Shown here piece after piece: positions 44,190 to 58,603 of a stretch of DNA of 64,000 nucleotides. Under the pieces are notes generated by a model that saw only the letters and a program-made list of their open reading frames with translations, did no database searches and was not told where the DNA came from. Source of the DNA: Auanema rhodensis. Its lineage: Eukaryota > Animalia > Nematoda. The first letter of the stretch is position 1. Every line of letters begins with the position of its first letter. Made by a program: the position numbers and the translations under genes. The stretch is from NCBI GenBank assembly GCA_964057225.1, contig OZ059898.1, forward strand, positions 4,278,001 to 4,342,000. Reading direction: 5' to 3'.

Positions 44190-45904
44190 ACGTAGTTTCA
44201 AGTTAAGAATATTATTTAGATATTTTCAATACAATATTCTTATGAATTAGGAATTCTTCTTATCATACTTATCAGTATGAAGCACTTTCAAAGCCGTAAA
44301 CTCCATTGCATGCCTGATCAGATTAAAAACGATTGACTTTATAATTTACAGCTGATCTATTTCATTTTTTCTATAAATCCAGCTTTAGTTGAACAATATT
44401 ATATGTACATATCTATATTTTTTTGAAGATTGAATGATTGTTATATTGCTCTGGAATTCCGAAACGCTTCTTTATTTAGATTATTGTACTAAATAGGTAT
44501 TAATTTGTTTTATCATTTTCAATTTCTTTGCTAAAGTCAAACATTTTAATTTTAAGCTAGTATTACACATAAACAAATGAATTGTTATTAAATGAAATGT
44601 TCACGAGATCTCAATATTCTATATTCCGTTCGTTGATCAGCTACAAGCTTTCCAAAAACTGGACAGCAAATGGATAACATACAACATATTGCCGAAACAG
44701 CCATGGCCCATCCAACTCTGCAAGCAATTAATATTCCATTTCTTTGAAAAAATATTTTTAAATGTTTCACATATTGATGTATATGTATATATTCTTGTAT
44801 GAAATATATGGAAAGCCAGTTTCAATTTAAGAGACAAGTTAGAATAACTGAAAAACAAAGGCTTGTCAAATTCTAAATGGTTCCAATTGAACCAATAGAA
44901 TGTTTGAAAATGAAGATTGCTATCTTATGATCGATAGCTTATGTTACTATGCTATCCATGAATATGAAAAATAGAAATATACAAGAGCTAATTAGGGTAT
45001 TGATATTTCTTACCTGCAATATGAAGATCGCAATAGTTGCGAGATGGTACAATCAATATCTGTCATATCTAGAGTTACTGTAAACAGGCAAATGGTCATA
45101 AGTAAAGCTGAAATTCAAAAGATAAGATAGAAATGAAACTATTTTCACCTGCAACAATCTGAACATTTGCTATAAATTGAATTGGTTTAGCATTGTGTGA
45201 GCACAGAAGGATTACTATCAAAGCTAGAGATGATAGGGCAAAAAGCAATGTTCCAATTAAATTAGAAAAAAATGGGATCAAATCTGATGTAGGGCGTAGG
45301 ACACATTCATAAGAACTACAGACCACAAATAAACCCTACAAAATAACCTATTCATTTGCTGGATATTTTTAATTCGTTTTATTCAAAAATTTTCAATTAG
45401 GTTTTATAAGTATAAATGCTGTTGATGTTATTTGAAATATATAGTTCATTTTTTGTTTTATTATTACATTTAATATGGAATATAAAATTTATCCATCATA
45501 GATATAAATATATTATTATATGTGTTGATGTTGAGAATTGTAGGTATGTTAAATTGAAAGCATGAGCATTGAAGTATAGAAAAGAAATGAGATCTTCTAT
45601 GATGTCAGACGAGTAATTCTAATAATTTCCGGAACTTCATGAATAAGCTCATATATAATTGGAACAAGCTACATATAATTATAAATTCTCAAACAACTTT
45701 CAAAAGCTTAACAGATTGATCTACTGCGAAAACACTTTTCTATACTATTAAAACTGATTTTCTTATATTTGTGTACATATAAGTATAAAAAAATTAAATA
45801 AACATACTTGTATATTATATCCATTGACAATCCATTCTGGTTGAGATAATGCTAACAATTGTAGAAATGAAATTATCAGAGAGAATAACAACCACACAAA
45901 GCAT
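44190..45904. repeat. Copy 2 of the 1,715-bp direct duplication
   Basis: Matches 37854-39568. Confidence 0.97.
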
Positions 45905-45915
45905 AATACATTCAT
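44588..45915 (-). CDS. Small tetraspan membrane protein, LHFPL/claudin-like, intact copy
   Basis: MNVLCFVWLLFSLIISFLQLLALSQPEWI; GLFVVC...C; IANVQIVA; CRVGWAMAVSAI. Confidence 0.7.
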
Positions 45916-48900
45916 AATGTCCTCTCTAATATAGTATATAGAGTACTTACGTAAGATTCTATTAACACAAATAGAATTAATAAAATAATTATCTTGCTCT
46001 GAAAGAAAATTATTATTTGAATAGTTAAAGAAGAACTTAATAGAAAATAAATATAATAAGGTGAACATAATCCATGAAATTCAAATTGTTTTTCTTTAAA
46101 TATTACAAAGGATTAGTTAAATGTATTAAATGAATATATTCAAACATTGGCAAATTAGTGACATACATATACATTTGTCTGCTTGTATACTTGCCATAGA
46201 AATATGATATAGCACAGATTATGAGAGAGAAACCGCAAGATCTCGTCTGACGTTCATCCTTTGTTATGTACAAGATGCGAGAAGCTTCATGTTTATTGAA
46301 GAAATCAAAGCAACATAGGTATTTATTACTATACAGAGATTCATAACGCTAAAGATATAAGAATTGAGGAGAGCGAGCAGTTAAATTCTATATTGAAGTC
46401 CACAAGAGGTCAATGGATGACTACTACTACCATAGATGGTTATCTGTAAGCTTTTCCAATGAGTCATGCTTGCATCTGAATTAATCGAAATCTTTTCTCT
46501 CGTTCTCTTTTCTCTTTGTTTCCATGATCTTCCAATTCTCCATCAATGTATGTCTTTATATATCAGAGGACAAATGGTTGTATAGGTCTATAGAACAAGC
46601 TGCGCAGATCCTTGTTCCATCGTCGCGCAACGATACGTCCATTGGGATTAAAATATTCCCCTTTGTCCTAAACGATGACTTCTTCGACTTAACTCTTCTT
46701 AACCGCTTATTCTCTTTTCTTTAGGACCTAACTTTTAGCTTATGCCCTACTATTTATAAATTTCAGGAATTTTGAAGGGATTTTAATAAAACTTGAATTT
46801 TAATAATATATTAAATTTGTATATACATCTATTCATATATAATATATAATCTATATATACATATATATGAATGCATATACTATGTGTAATATTTAAAAAA
46901 TGAGATGAGAAAAACAATGATTACAGGAAACTATTATCTCCAGGGACAACTCAATATGTACATAGTATATACCATTATAACAAACATTTTTTTTCCATTT
47001 TTCAACATTTTTGATCTTCATTTTTTAAAATTACTTAAATTTCATTAATTGAATTATTCTCATGAATATTCAACAAAGAAAACGACGTAAATTATTCTTT
47101 GAACAATACTCAACAATGACGAAAAAGAATAACGCAAAAAGTAAAGAATAAAGTTTTCCAAAAAAAAAAAGATTTAACGTTATTAAATGATAAAAAATTT
47201 TGTTTATCATCTTTGTATAAAACGTTTTATTTTTCTTGACATTTTAGACAATATGAGGATTTAGGATGAAAGAATTACATTGAGTATATGAGCATTTCCA
47301 AAGGGAATCATGTGTGCTTCATTAGAATAATCAGATCATTATGATGTTGTGAATAGAGAAAATTGCCTTAAATACTTGCATAGTTTATAATTTAAAGTCT
47401 TTTAACGAATCCTATTGACAATTACTATTATACTAATACAAAATAGTTTTTAATCTTAAATGTAAGAATATCTATTAAAAGGTCATATATTCAGTTATTA
47501 TTAGAAATATTTTGAGAACAATATTATAAATAATTTTTCAGTAACATATATTTTCATAATTAAAAATATGTATGTGTATTTATCTATGCAAGTATACTTG
47601 TATATTTACATACATATATATATATATGTATATATTACTATGTTGGTACGCATACAGATGTAAATGATTTTTTTTCATTTTCTTTGTAATAAATAAGAAA
47701 GAATATTTGAATTATCTAATAATAATCATTTTTTAGCTTTTACTTTGTGTTTTGTTATATAAAATATTCTTTGCCTGGGGTAATCCCTCTTTTTCTGTTG
47801 GGTATTCATGTGATGCCTGACAGCAGTTGAAAAACCTAATGAACAACGAAACTCAAATGTGTTGATAAGTTGATCATAAATTCAAATTATTCTAGAATGT
47901 ATTAGAGCTCATTAGCGAATTTTGTTAGGATTATGATGTAAAAGAAAAAAACTTTTTGTGTGTTCTCATCTTTTCAATTCTTCGAGGTAATATTTCTGGT
48001 TACCCGCTGCAAGTACCCTTCTCATAATATGCTGAAAACCATTTACTCCCATCTATTCCTTTTCTTCATCCACTTTTGAAGAGTAAGTAGAAGAATAGAA
48101 ACTCAAAAGAAGAATGGGACCAAAGAAATCTAATTCGTTTACTCTCTGGCGGAAAAGAAGAAGTCATATAGACTAATGGTTGTATCTTGTAGCTCATTGC
48201 TCATCCATTAAAAATGGAAAATTAGCAGAATGTTCAACTTCTTTCAAATAATTTGTTATTCTAACAAGAAATTCCACAATTTTATAGATATGTTTGTAGT
48301 CCTGATTTAAATGAAACATATTCATTGATAGTTAAATATCACACAACATCCTTTTCGAAGAGATTGTAATCGCTATTCACACCAGCCACATACAACATAC
48401 ATGTTTTTGAATCAGACAAAGGAAATGATTTGAGAAGAAACTAAGTTTTTTGTGCCCTTTTGCTCGGTCTTGCTCTTTTCTTCCGTCGATAACAAAGAAA
48501 TCACTCAAAATGTTCAAAGAGCAGAAGGACAATTGAAAGGCCAATTATATAAGGCCTGAATTGGATCATCATAAAGTTGGTAAATATCTGATGCTTTTGT
48601 ATTATTTATGTGATTCAAAGCTGTTGAATCCTTATCGAATTTTTTTCTTTAATTCCTTCCCAAGAAATATCACCAAGTTGTTCTCTGGTTTACACTGGTT
48701 TGGGTTCATTTTCTTTTATTTTGATTTTTCTGTGTTTCTGTTCATCAAAACTTGAACAATTGAGTAACAACCCTTCTAACCTTTATTCATATCAAATTCA
48801 AATCAGACTGGGTTTTGCCTGCAATGAAGTTTGTCTCATGGCTTTCAGTGGAAAAATAGTAAATTCATGAACAAAATACAACACAGTGAACATATATCTT

Positions 48901-49492
48901 CCGAGATTTTTTAGATTTTTCTTACTGCATGTAGATGTAATGAATTTTTTCTTTCATCTGGTATCAAGAAAAAACAAAAGGAAAAAAGAAACAGAAGAGT
49001 GAGTATGATATTATATTTTATATATATAATTATATATATATATATATATATATAAGTAATAATAATGTTAGAAAAATGGAGTAAACGAGTTCAAAATATG
49101 GTAATAGATCATAAGTTGGAATGTGAACGATCGTGATAGGGGAGAGGATGGAAGGTGATGGATCCGAAACATTTGACAACAATTGAATATAGTAATTCAA
49201 ACTAGAATGAAGTATTAATGACTTTATAAGATTTTTGTTGATACAATACTCACAATATTTTGAATTATTCAAATTCAATTGAGAAAATGCTTATGCGGTT
49301 GTATATTCAGGTTTTTGTGAATCATGCAGCTTGTTATGTCTATTGTAGTTATCGTCGTCTTCGTCGTCATCTACATAGTTTACCGTTGTGAAGCTATTAC
49401 CAATATCTTTTTTTCTCATTAACGAAGAGTAACCGAACGGAAAATGAGAGTGACTGATAACAACAACAAACGGCATTAACGAACATCAGAAA

Positions 49493-52209
49493 TTATCTGC
49501 GACCAGCAGAGCTAAAACGAAAAAAGTAAATATGGAAATAACATTGACGATGAAATCGTTTTTTAATATTTTATATTAAAAAATAAATTTTGTATTTTTA
49601 TTTATTTATTTTTTTTATTTATTACCTTAAACGGTTGAGGTTCATTCCAAGTAATCCATTGATTAGTTCTGCGTTGGACCGTTTTCCAACAGCTGAGAGT
49701 TTTCCAAGATCCATACCGATCAGTCCATTAATCAGTTCAGCATTGGATCGTTTAATAACTTGTCCATCAGACCATTCGCCAAAGTTCTGCATAAATACAA
49801 AAATATTTTTATAATTAAATATTAATCAAATAATTATTTTTTTTTTTTCAAAACAAAGAAAAAAACTTTTTTTTTCTTAAAATTATTTTATTAAATGTAG
49901 ATGTATATACATATAACATATACATATATGTATATGTTATATGTAAATAGAAATATGATTTCAATAACATATTTGCATTCATCTTGTTCATATAACTCTA
50001 TTGTGTTCAATGAGTAAAAATGAACTTAAAAAATAAGAAAAGAAACTTTTTTTTTTGAAACAAACATTTCGTATGAGAAACATGCATATTTCTAATTAAA
50101 TTCATTTTCTTTATCTTATTCAAAACTTATTCAAAACATGATTTTCATGCAATAAGCAAATGAAAATATTTTTATATTTCCGGAGTAACATGAGATTTTC
50201 CCTATTTTTTTAAAATCCTTCTAAACTAAGGGTTTCCTGGTGTATAGAGCATCTTGACACCCACAGTGTTTCCTGTTTCCTTAATCTAGGAAATTCAGCT
50301 TAATGACTAGAACTTCTAGTATATTTATAGCAATACTAAATGAGTTTGCATGAAAATAAAAAAAATAAATAGGAAATTCAACATCAACAATTTTTTACAA
50401 AAGTTGGTTTGAAAACTATCCCAACAACATTTTTTGTTCTTTATTCATTATCTCTGTTCCCGGAAGTAAGAAAGACATTTTAGGAGAATAGGAAGATATT
50501 TCCAGAAAATTAAATAGGAATTAGAGAAAGAGGCTCAAACGTAATGCTTTTCTAACTATGAAAATCTAATTTTGATAAAACCTAATGACTGTTGTAACAA
50601 TCCTATCTAGTAGTTTCATGTATGTAGAATTGTTCCATACATATTGCTTTCTTATTTTTACTCCTTTCCTTTGCAAAGGCTTCACTTTCTAAGCAATGTA
50701 ACATAACTAAATAGTAATATTGACGGATCTTGAGCAAATGCTAAAAGAGTTCCTTTCTACCATTAAAATCTAATCAAGATGGCCTCAATATATAATATAA
50801 AAATCTTGAAAGATTTTTCATTAGCTTTGCAAACGGCTTTAATTAAAAAGACCAAATTTAATGATGAAAATTCAAATGATTTGGAATAAAGACTTTAAGG
50901 TTAAATAACAAAATAGGACGAAATCGTTAGAAAAGATGCAATGCTTTTCGCTAGACTAAACAAAATTTTTTAATTATTTAGCATTAAGCTTAGATCCAGC
51001 TTATATCACCACTCTGTCATTTAATTTAATGGCAAACTTTTCTATACACTTATGCATATATAGTTATATTTCTTTTTACTCATGCTATACTAGTTGCACG
51101 ATGTCTACTTTATCCGCCAACTCTTTTTCCTTTTCAGTTGATGAACTTGTTGTAACAAGAAAAGCAAGAATATCTGTGATGCTTGTAATGAAGTATATGA
51201 TCACGAGCTATTCTTATTCAATGGTTGAACAAACTGAAGGAATTTCTCGCAAAATAATATTTTGGAATTATTTCATAAATCATAAACAAAAATAATAAAT
51301 ATATGTACATATGTGTATTCAATATTATATCTATATTCTTGATACAATAATTGAGCTTATTTCTTTTAAGTAATCTAATTGTTTGTGAATGCTTAAGCTC
51401 AGAATTTTGATGATTGCCATCAAATCAGCCCTAGGCGTATGTTAATCCTTCGCTTGAACGAACAAAGCTTTAGGAATCACACCGACAAGCCGATCTGTCA
51501 GTCGTATGCCTTAGGCAGAAACTTGTTCACAGATTACTTCGTTAAGAGCACCATTTTTTAAATTCTATATCTCAAAATCATTCAGAAACTACTACAAAAC
51601 TTTTTTTAAAGCAAGGCTAAGAAAAGTTTTAAGTAAAATTGAATGTTTTTTAAAAGAAATCAAGAGATGCTCGCGATGAAACTATTTCCTGAGGTTCGTC
51701 AACTCAGTAAACACTATTACATTATATAGTGCTCATCCAGCTTTCATTTTTTGCAGAACCTATTAATGAAAAACTGGGTACGATACATAGCAACTTGATT
51801 TCTGACGTCATATGCGCTAACTTGAGAAAATCATTGCGGAACTTCCTTATTTGATCAGGAAAAAACCTAATTAAGATTCTGCATGATACTTCTCTTCTAG
51901 ATGCTGACAATAAGAAGGCAATTTACGAAGAGGAAGCACTAAGAATGTTTCTAGGATTGAAGATATTCGTTTCTTATTCTTCTCTATTGCGGTTTTTTAT
52001 TCATCAGATAATTATTCTCTTGACAAAACTCCTTTGAGATTATTCAAAAAAACTTTTTTTCAACTTTAACAATATTGGAAATAATAGTATTTAAAACATT
52101 TTAGAAAATTTAAATAAGCAAAACGAACCATTTGTGGTTGTTGTCGATAGACAAGTGGTGTGGCCAAGATGACGGCAACAAGAGCAAGCAAGACGATGAG
52201 GCAACGCAT
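49493..52209 (-). CDS. pdf-1: Pigment-dispersing factor neuropeptide precursor, 3 exons, not in the ORF track
   Basis: Signal peptide MRCLIVLLALVAVILA; KR-SNAELINGLIGMDLGKLSAVG-KR-SNAELINGLLGMNLNRLSSAG-RR*. Confidence 0.97.
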
Positions 52210-54728
52210 AATGATAAACTGTTGAGTCTGAATATGAACTCAACGAGATAGGTGAAATGAGAAGGAAGATTTAAGAGAACGAGTCGCTTGGCTGACTTCT
52301 CTACAAAGTATATCGTCGTCCAGCCTACTCAGCCGGCTTTTAAGTTCTCCCTCCTCCTGGCCACACCCCTTCAATGACTAAGGACCGCCCTCCCTTTTTT
52401 CTCATGCTCTCTCCACTTCTTTCATTATATCTATTAGATTTTTTCAATAAAGATGTTATTTTTTACGTCAAGGCTTTATATAGGTTTCAAACCATACAGA
52501 TTTTGGACGAGTCAATACGATAACATTGTGTGTGTGCCACCAGGAAAATTCGTATTATAACAAATAGTTTTGAAAGAAGCTCTGATCAGATTTCAAATCG
52601 AAATGATGATTTCATTTTGAATTTAGTCCTCGTAAAACGTCCAAAGGCCTTAATTAAGCCTCCTAAGTTGTTGATTTCAAGCGGCTCAAAGTAATTTTGT
52701 TTCTTCGCCCCATCCCCCTCAGGGTAGATACAGGAATTACAGTGACGTCATGTCTTTGATTTTTGCAAAAAGTAGTTAAGGAGAGTGTGATTAAAACAGC
52801 AGAAGATACGGTACCGCAGATTTTCTTCTCATACTACATTATTTGAAAATATATTTTCAATAAAATATAAATCAAAATATATCAGGTGAAAAATGATACC
52901 GTTACTCTTAGTATTAAAGGTTCATTACAAGATAAAACAGTTTAAAAAAACAACATCATCACTATGCTATACAACAAAGACAGAAAAAAACTGCATCTCT
53001 GGAGAATTAAAAATGCAACTTAAATAAAATGGGTATACAACTTGCAGTTGTTAAATCAATGCCTTAGTAACCATTCTTCTTTCAACTATCTTCTCAATGT
53101 ATTTTATTTATTTATGATATAACATTATTGAGATGAATGAAAAGCTGCTTCTGATGTATTGATAACATGAAACTGAAATTTGTATTTTTTGCTCGATTCT
53201 TAAACTTCCGCACTTCCGCCCGTCAGCATAAACTTTCTTAACAACAAAACATAGAAACGCTGTTGTTTCACTAGTAGAGCCTAATGCTATTCTTACTTTT
53301 TAGTAAAAAAAACAAACTGCTCTCTACATCCTATTATAACAAATGATTGACCAGATTCTTAATTTTTCTTTGTCATGCGGTCTGATGTATATGGGAGAAC
53401 CATTTTGGCATCCCAAGTAGTACATGAAAACTTAGTGTCGAAGATTATGTACATAATGGGCAATTATGTCTATATTTTTTTCAGTATTTCCGGCTCAAAT
53501 AATGAAATATCGAGAGAAACCCGACGAATTTTTTGAAAATTTATTTATAGAACTTTCATAATTTTAAAATCGTATTTTTTCAGTCTTCTAAATTTATACT
53601 TTGAATATTTCAATTTCATTTTTTGAATTAAAGAGCCCCACAGATTTAATAGATTTCATTTTGTCATTTTAATTCTAACGCAGATACTAAAATAAATTTA
53701 TAGGTCTGGCCTTCTTATTATATTCATCAAACTGGTATTTGAAACTCTTTTAATTACCATAAAGCCACTTTAGATTTTAAGATTTTTTTTCAATGAACGT
53801 CAATATAGCTTAAAAGCTACCGTAATCCTTCAAAAAATCTAATTACCTTTCTTCTCGTCAACTTTTTCATCATTATCATCAACGAACATTCATTTGATTT
53901 CAACGAATACTTTTTTTCAAAATCTAAACCTTTTCAGCATAAAGGTACTCTTATCTACCATACTCTTTATTCTAATATTGGCAGCTTACGTCCCAGGAGA
54001 ATTTCCGAACAACGAAGTGGCGTGAGAGAAGGCATCCCGTTATCTTCCCTTTTTCCTTAAACTGCTAACTGAATCAATGAACACCTTACTTTGAAAAAGC
54101 GACTAATTACATTTTCTGTTTTAAGGGTACCCATTTTCATCACAAATTGAGAGATAGACTAATGTGATGTGTTGGTTTCAGAAGCTTTTCAGTACTATGA
54201 TGATAAAAGATAGAAAAATTGAGGGACTGAAGACAAAATTCTTTGAAAATAAAAAATTGAGAAGCTCAAAATATTTAAATAAAAATATGAATAAAGCCAA
54301 GTATATAAATATATAAATATATGTATTAATATTAGCAATTACTGTAAGAGAAAGAAGGAAAAGAGAATGCACACGCTGTCAAAAGGCACAAGAGGAACCA
54401 TGAATAGAAATTCATAAAAACGTAATAAGAGATAAAAATGTAAATGCCAAGCGGAAGCAATATCGAAAACAAGGTCGAAATCTTATATAATCGTTGCATT
54501 CCGAGAAATCTAAGAAAAGTATAATTGGCATGAAATGATGTGAAAATTACAGCAATAGGTACAAGAGCATAAAAAAGATTAAGGCAGTCCTAAAACAGTA
54601 TTTAGATCATTATGCTCCGGAAACCTCGGGACATGTTATGTAAGTGTTAAAATATAAACAATTTTCACATTATGTAATTATAAGCTAAAAATCGGAGACT
54701 AGGATTGACTTGCGAAGATGAAACAGTA

Positions 54729-57700
54729 TTAAAGAGGTCTCGCACGCTGAGTTCGATACTTTTCTAATCTGCTTTGCAGATGCTTGTTGGTTTCTTTTGC
54801 TTCATCCAGAGCATTCTCTTTATCACGTATCTGAAACAAAAGAATATTGAAAATGTCATGACATATCTTAAAGAGAGGGATTCATATAATATAATTGATT
54901 TTGTAAAAACATTAATTCCTTGGAGATTTTATGAAAAATTATTTCAAAACTACTGTTGCGTCACCAAAAGCTGCGTGGGAGAAAACATGCTCTTAGTGAG
55001 AGATTTGAACTTTTGCCTGGAGGGTGCTATGAAAAACTTATGTATATAATAACTTAAGAAAAAAGCCATGATTTTCACTACATTTCAATATATTGGATTC
55101 CTAAAAGAAGTTCCTCCTTTTTAAGTGAAATTTTCCGAAAAAAAAAGAAGATTTGATTCTAATTCTAGAAACAATTTTGTCGAGCATCAGGCAAAGATTA
55201 AAAACAATAGAGCGGAGAAAATTGCTTCTTTAGCTGACATCAAATCATTAATGATTTTAGTAGCATCAAAATTAAGAGCAAATTGAAAAAAATTATTTCA
55301 GGGAAAAATATATGAAAGTAAAGCATGATGTACCTCTTTTTTCAACTGACGAACTTCAGTTTTAGCTTCAGTTAATTCTTTTTCAGCAGTATCAGCATTT
55401 TGTTTATAGCGTTTCATTTGACCTTCTGTTCTAATTACCTGGAAAAGAATATATTAGGACTACTTTGAAAACAAAAAAAGGCTTACAACTCCTTGTAGAT
55501 TTGTATTTTCTCTTTCAGCTTCTTGTAGTTTGAACTTCAAATCAGCAACCTGCTTAGCGCTATCCTCTGCAACCATCAAAGTTTCAGTTAAAAAACATAA
55601 GATGAAATCATCAGAATTAATGATTTTGCCAAAGCAAAGCAAAACTTAACTGTCAATCATTAACTTTGTCAAAAAAACATTAAAAGCAAATAAATATATT
55701 TTAAGCATATGATAAATCCTAAGAATGAAATTCTTCAAGCAAGCATTTGCAGCGGTTTTACGAATTTGTGAAAACAAGATTAGAAGACATAGACAACGTA
55801 TAGCCAATAGAAACTTACTGATTTGCTCTCGCAACAGGGGTATAAATGTATCGCCTACATTTGTTATTTTTCAATTTTCAGAAACTCTTGAAGGAAAAGA
55901 AACATCTGACAAACACTTACTGTTAGGTTCCTCATTATTTCCATTTGAAATGGAAGTATTGTGCTGATTAGCACGAGACATCTTTGAACTATAAATTGAC
56001 TGTTCCATTTCTTCAACGTCCTTTCGCATTTTCTTATTCTGTAATAATACGTGATTTCAAGATCAAGAAAAAGGTCGTTAAGTTCAATTAGCGTGAGGAA
56101 CAAGAGAAACATATAACATGCTAAATTTTAACTTTCTCTAATTAACGTAACGTTGTAAGCCAAATAAAAAAGATGACCCCTAATACATCTTTAAACATAT
56201 GCTATTATTTAATGCGACAAGACTCTATGGATAATTACTATAGATTTCAATTTTCTTTAAACATGTGCTATTATTTAACGCAAAAAGACTCATGGATAAT
56301 TACTATAAAGTCCTACTTATAAAAACTCTTTGAAAACTCTAACAAAAACTTACGATATCAACAAGCTTTTTGATTTTTTCATCTAAACTAGAGGACCCCG
56401 GTACAACGCGTTCAACTAGTTTAAGAGTTTCTTGAGAAAATAAAATAGGTCCTGGTTTTCTATAATTTACACCAATATTACTAGTGACAAAAAACTTGAA
56501 AACCGACAAATTAATAGACGATCCGCTACTTTCACCTGACTTCTGTGACGTTTCTTCCACTTCTTGATCTACAAGAACTAAACCATTTTCCTATAAAATA
56601 TGATATATCATAAAATTATAAATTGTTAATATAAATATGGCTTTAAATTTGAATATCACTGCTATAATCTCTCATCCCTTTAATCATCACACTTTAACGT
56701 ACTTCTGGTCAAAAAAACGACAGCTGCTCTCTTAGTCATATAATAATGGTTGTCAGAGGATATTATAGAGCATAGCAAAAGCATATGACATCAGCTATGA
56801 AAGCACTCCTATCCCTGAGAACAGGGTAAGTTTCAAATACATTCGTGAACTTCAAATAGACTTCAGTTATCATGAGCATGTGACGAATCGTGATTGAACA
56901 CTTGAAACAATGGTTCAAAGGAATTTCGACGCATATACACAGATAAAGCAAATAACGTATTAATGAGAATTTGGCTTACTTGTATTAAATGATCGCGTTG
57001 AGAAATCTCTAATTTCAAATTATTTTGAGTCATAGTCATTGTTTCAATTGTGCGCTTCAAAGATTTAACTTCCTGTAAATAAATATTAGAATAATTTAAC
57101 AAAAGAAAACATTTACGCTAGTTAAATCCCTGACTTCCCTCTGGGCTGTAGATAGCAATACATCTTTCTCTTCCAAATCGTCTTTCAACAAATCAACCTG
57201 TATTACAACATTCTCGAAGATTGAATCGATATTCATATTACCTCGTAAAGCAGAGCTGATTTTTCATTATCTAATTGGGAATATAAAAACATTGCTTGTT
57301 GGACCCTATCTTCTAACTCGACCACTTTATCCTGAAATGATACAATTTTTTATCATATACGACTGTATAAGTTGCAACTATTCAAAACTTCTCTTGCGAT
57401 TACTAAATCACAAACAGAACTGAGTCATGCTTAAATGCAAACTTCGAACGATTAGAATACATGCATACAAAAAACTTATGCAAACCTTTAGTTTTTCATT
57501 AGCTTCATGATGGTGAGATATTCCATTAGAGGTAGACTGCAAAAATGTTAAAACACTACAGACTATTAGTTAATAAAGAGTATTAAATGTTAAAGTATAA
57601 ATTTGGACTTCGTTACAAAATAATAAGAACTCACTGCTGCATCATGACGATAAGCCTCAGCCTCTTCCTAAAAAAGAAAACTTGCATTCAAAAAAAATAG

Positions 57701-58084
57701 CAATGCTTACTTCTACTTTTTTTTCTAATAACGTATATCTATGCTGTCTAGCTTGTTCTCGAGTTTCTCTTTTAACTTTTAAAAGAGCTTCTGCCTGAAA
57801 TTGAACAATATAATTAACATATCAATAATCTACGTACATGCAAACAGCGTCTTCGTTTCAATCGCATAATTGAAAAATGAGAATCATAAAAATGGCACTA
57901 TCTTATCATTAAAACGTCTATTGCTCACCGCATAAAAACGTGACTAGTTCTCTCACTCATTATATATTTTATAAATTATTAAATATCTTACTTCTCTTGA
58001 TATTCTGTCTAGAGCTCTCTCTTCGGCATCAGTTCTGGTAGTTTGTCGTCTACGTCCAGCATTGCTGGGTGTATACGAACTCAT
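54729..58084 (-). CDS. flap-1: LRRFIP/FLAP coiled-coil protein
   Basis: [11 protein letters not shown]; [24 protein letters not shown]; [17 protein letters not shown]; [12 protein letters not shown]. Confidence 0.88.
56188..56308. repeat. Diverged tandem duplication of about 67 bp in a flap-1 intron
   Basis: TCTTTAAACAT(A/G)TGCTATTATTTAA...GGATAATTACTATA occurs twice. Confidence 0.8.
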
Positions 58085-58603
58085 TGCAATTACTCTATTA
58101 ATTATCCTTGTGTCTAAACAATAAGAATTATAAATGTTATTTTTAAAATAAAATAACCATTAGCATATGAATTGTGAGAACGATAAAATAAAAAAATTAA
58201 ATTTTGAATGTATGATAATATTATAGCGATTTGGAAAATTAAATATTTTTCGCATTAATAATGCTTAGAAAATATTAAAATTCAATTATCTATCGATAGA
58301 ACAAGATACAAGATATAGGCATAGGGCTAAAGGTCTGAATCTCGTATCTGTTCCTCATATACCGTAAGATTTTTAAACTAAATATTGGCGGGAGAGCATT
58401 GAAATCGAGAGAATCAATTAATTTTAGCAATATTTTTAATATTTTTGAATTAGTTATAATATCACTAAGATTTATATTTTTGAAATTTTAGTGAAGTCAT
58501 CATGATTAAGAATCAAAGAATTAAATCAATGATACTTTAGTATTTTTGCTTACTCCACGTTTTTTAAAAATAACATATTGTTATCAAATTGACTATTTTC
58601 CAG

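Larger units (their letters stand above)
39569..44191. mobile_element. Decayed non-autonomous Maverick/Polinton remnant with a probable cargo gene
   Basis: Contains pPolB fragments, an adenain protease pseudogene and a Maverick-type hypothetical ORF. The right end ...TTTTACATACTAC resembles an AGTAGT-type terminus. No integrase, ATPase or capsid gene was recognised. Confidence 0.88.

Noticed and set aside
51029-52050. Less AT-rich stretch with short ORFs in the pdf-1 intron, a possible old transposon
   Set aside because: No transposase or RT motif and no terminal repeats recognised.
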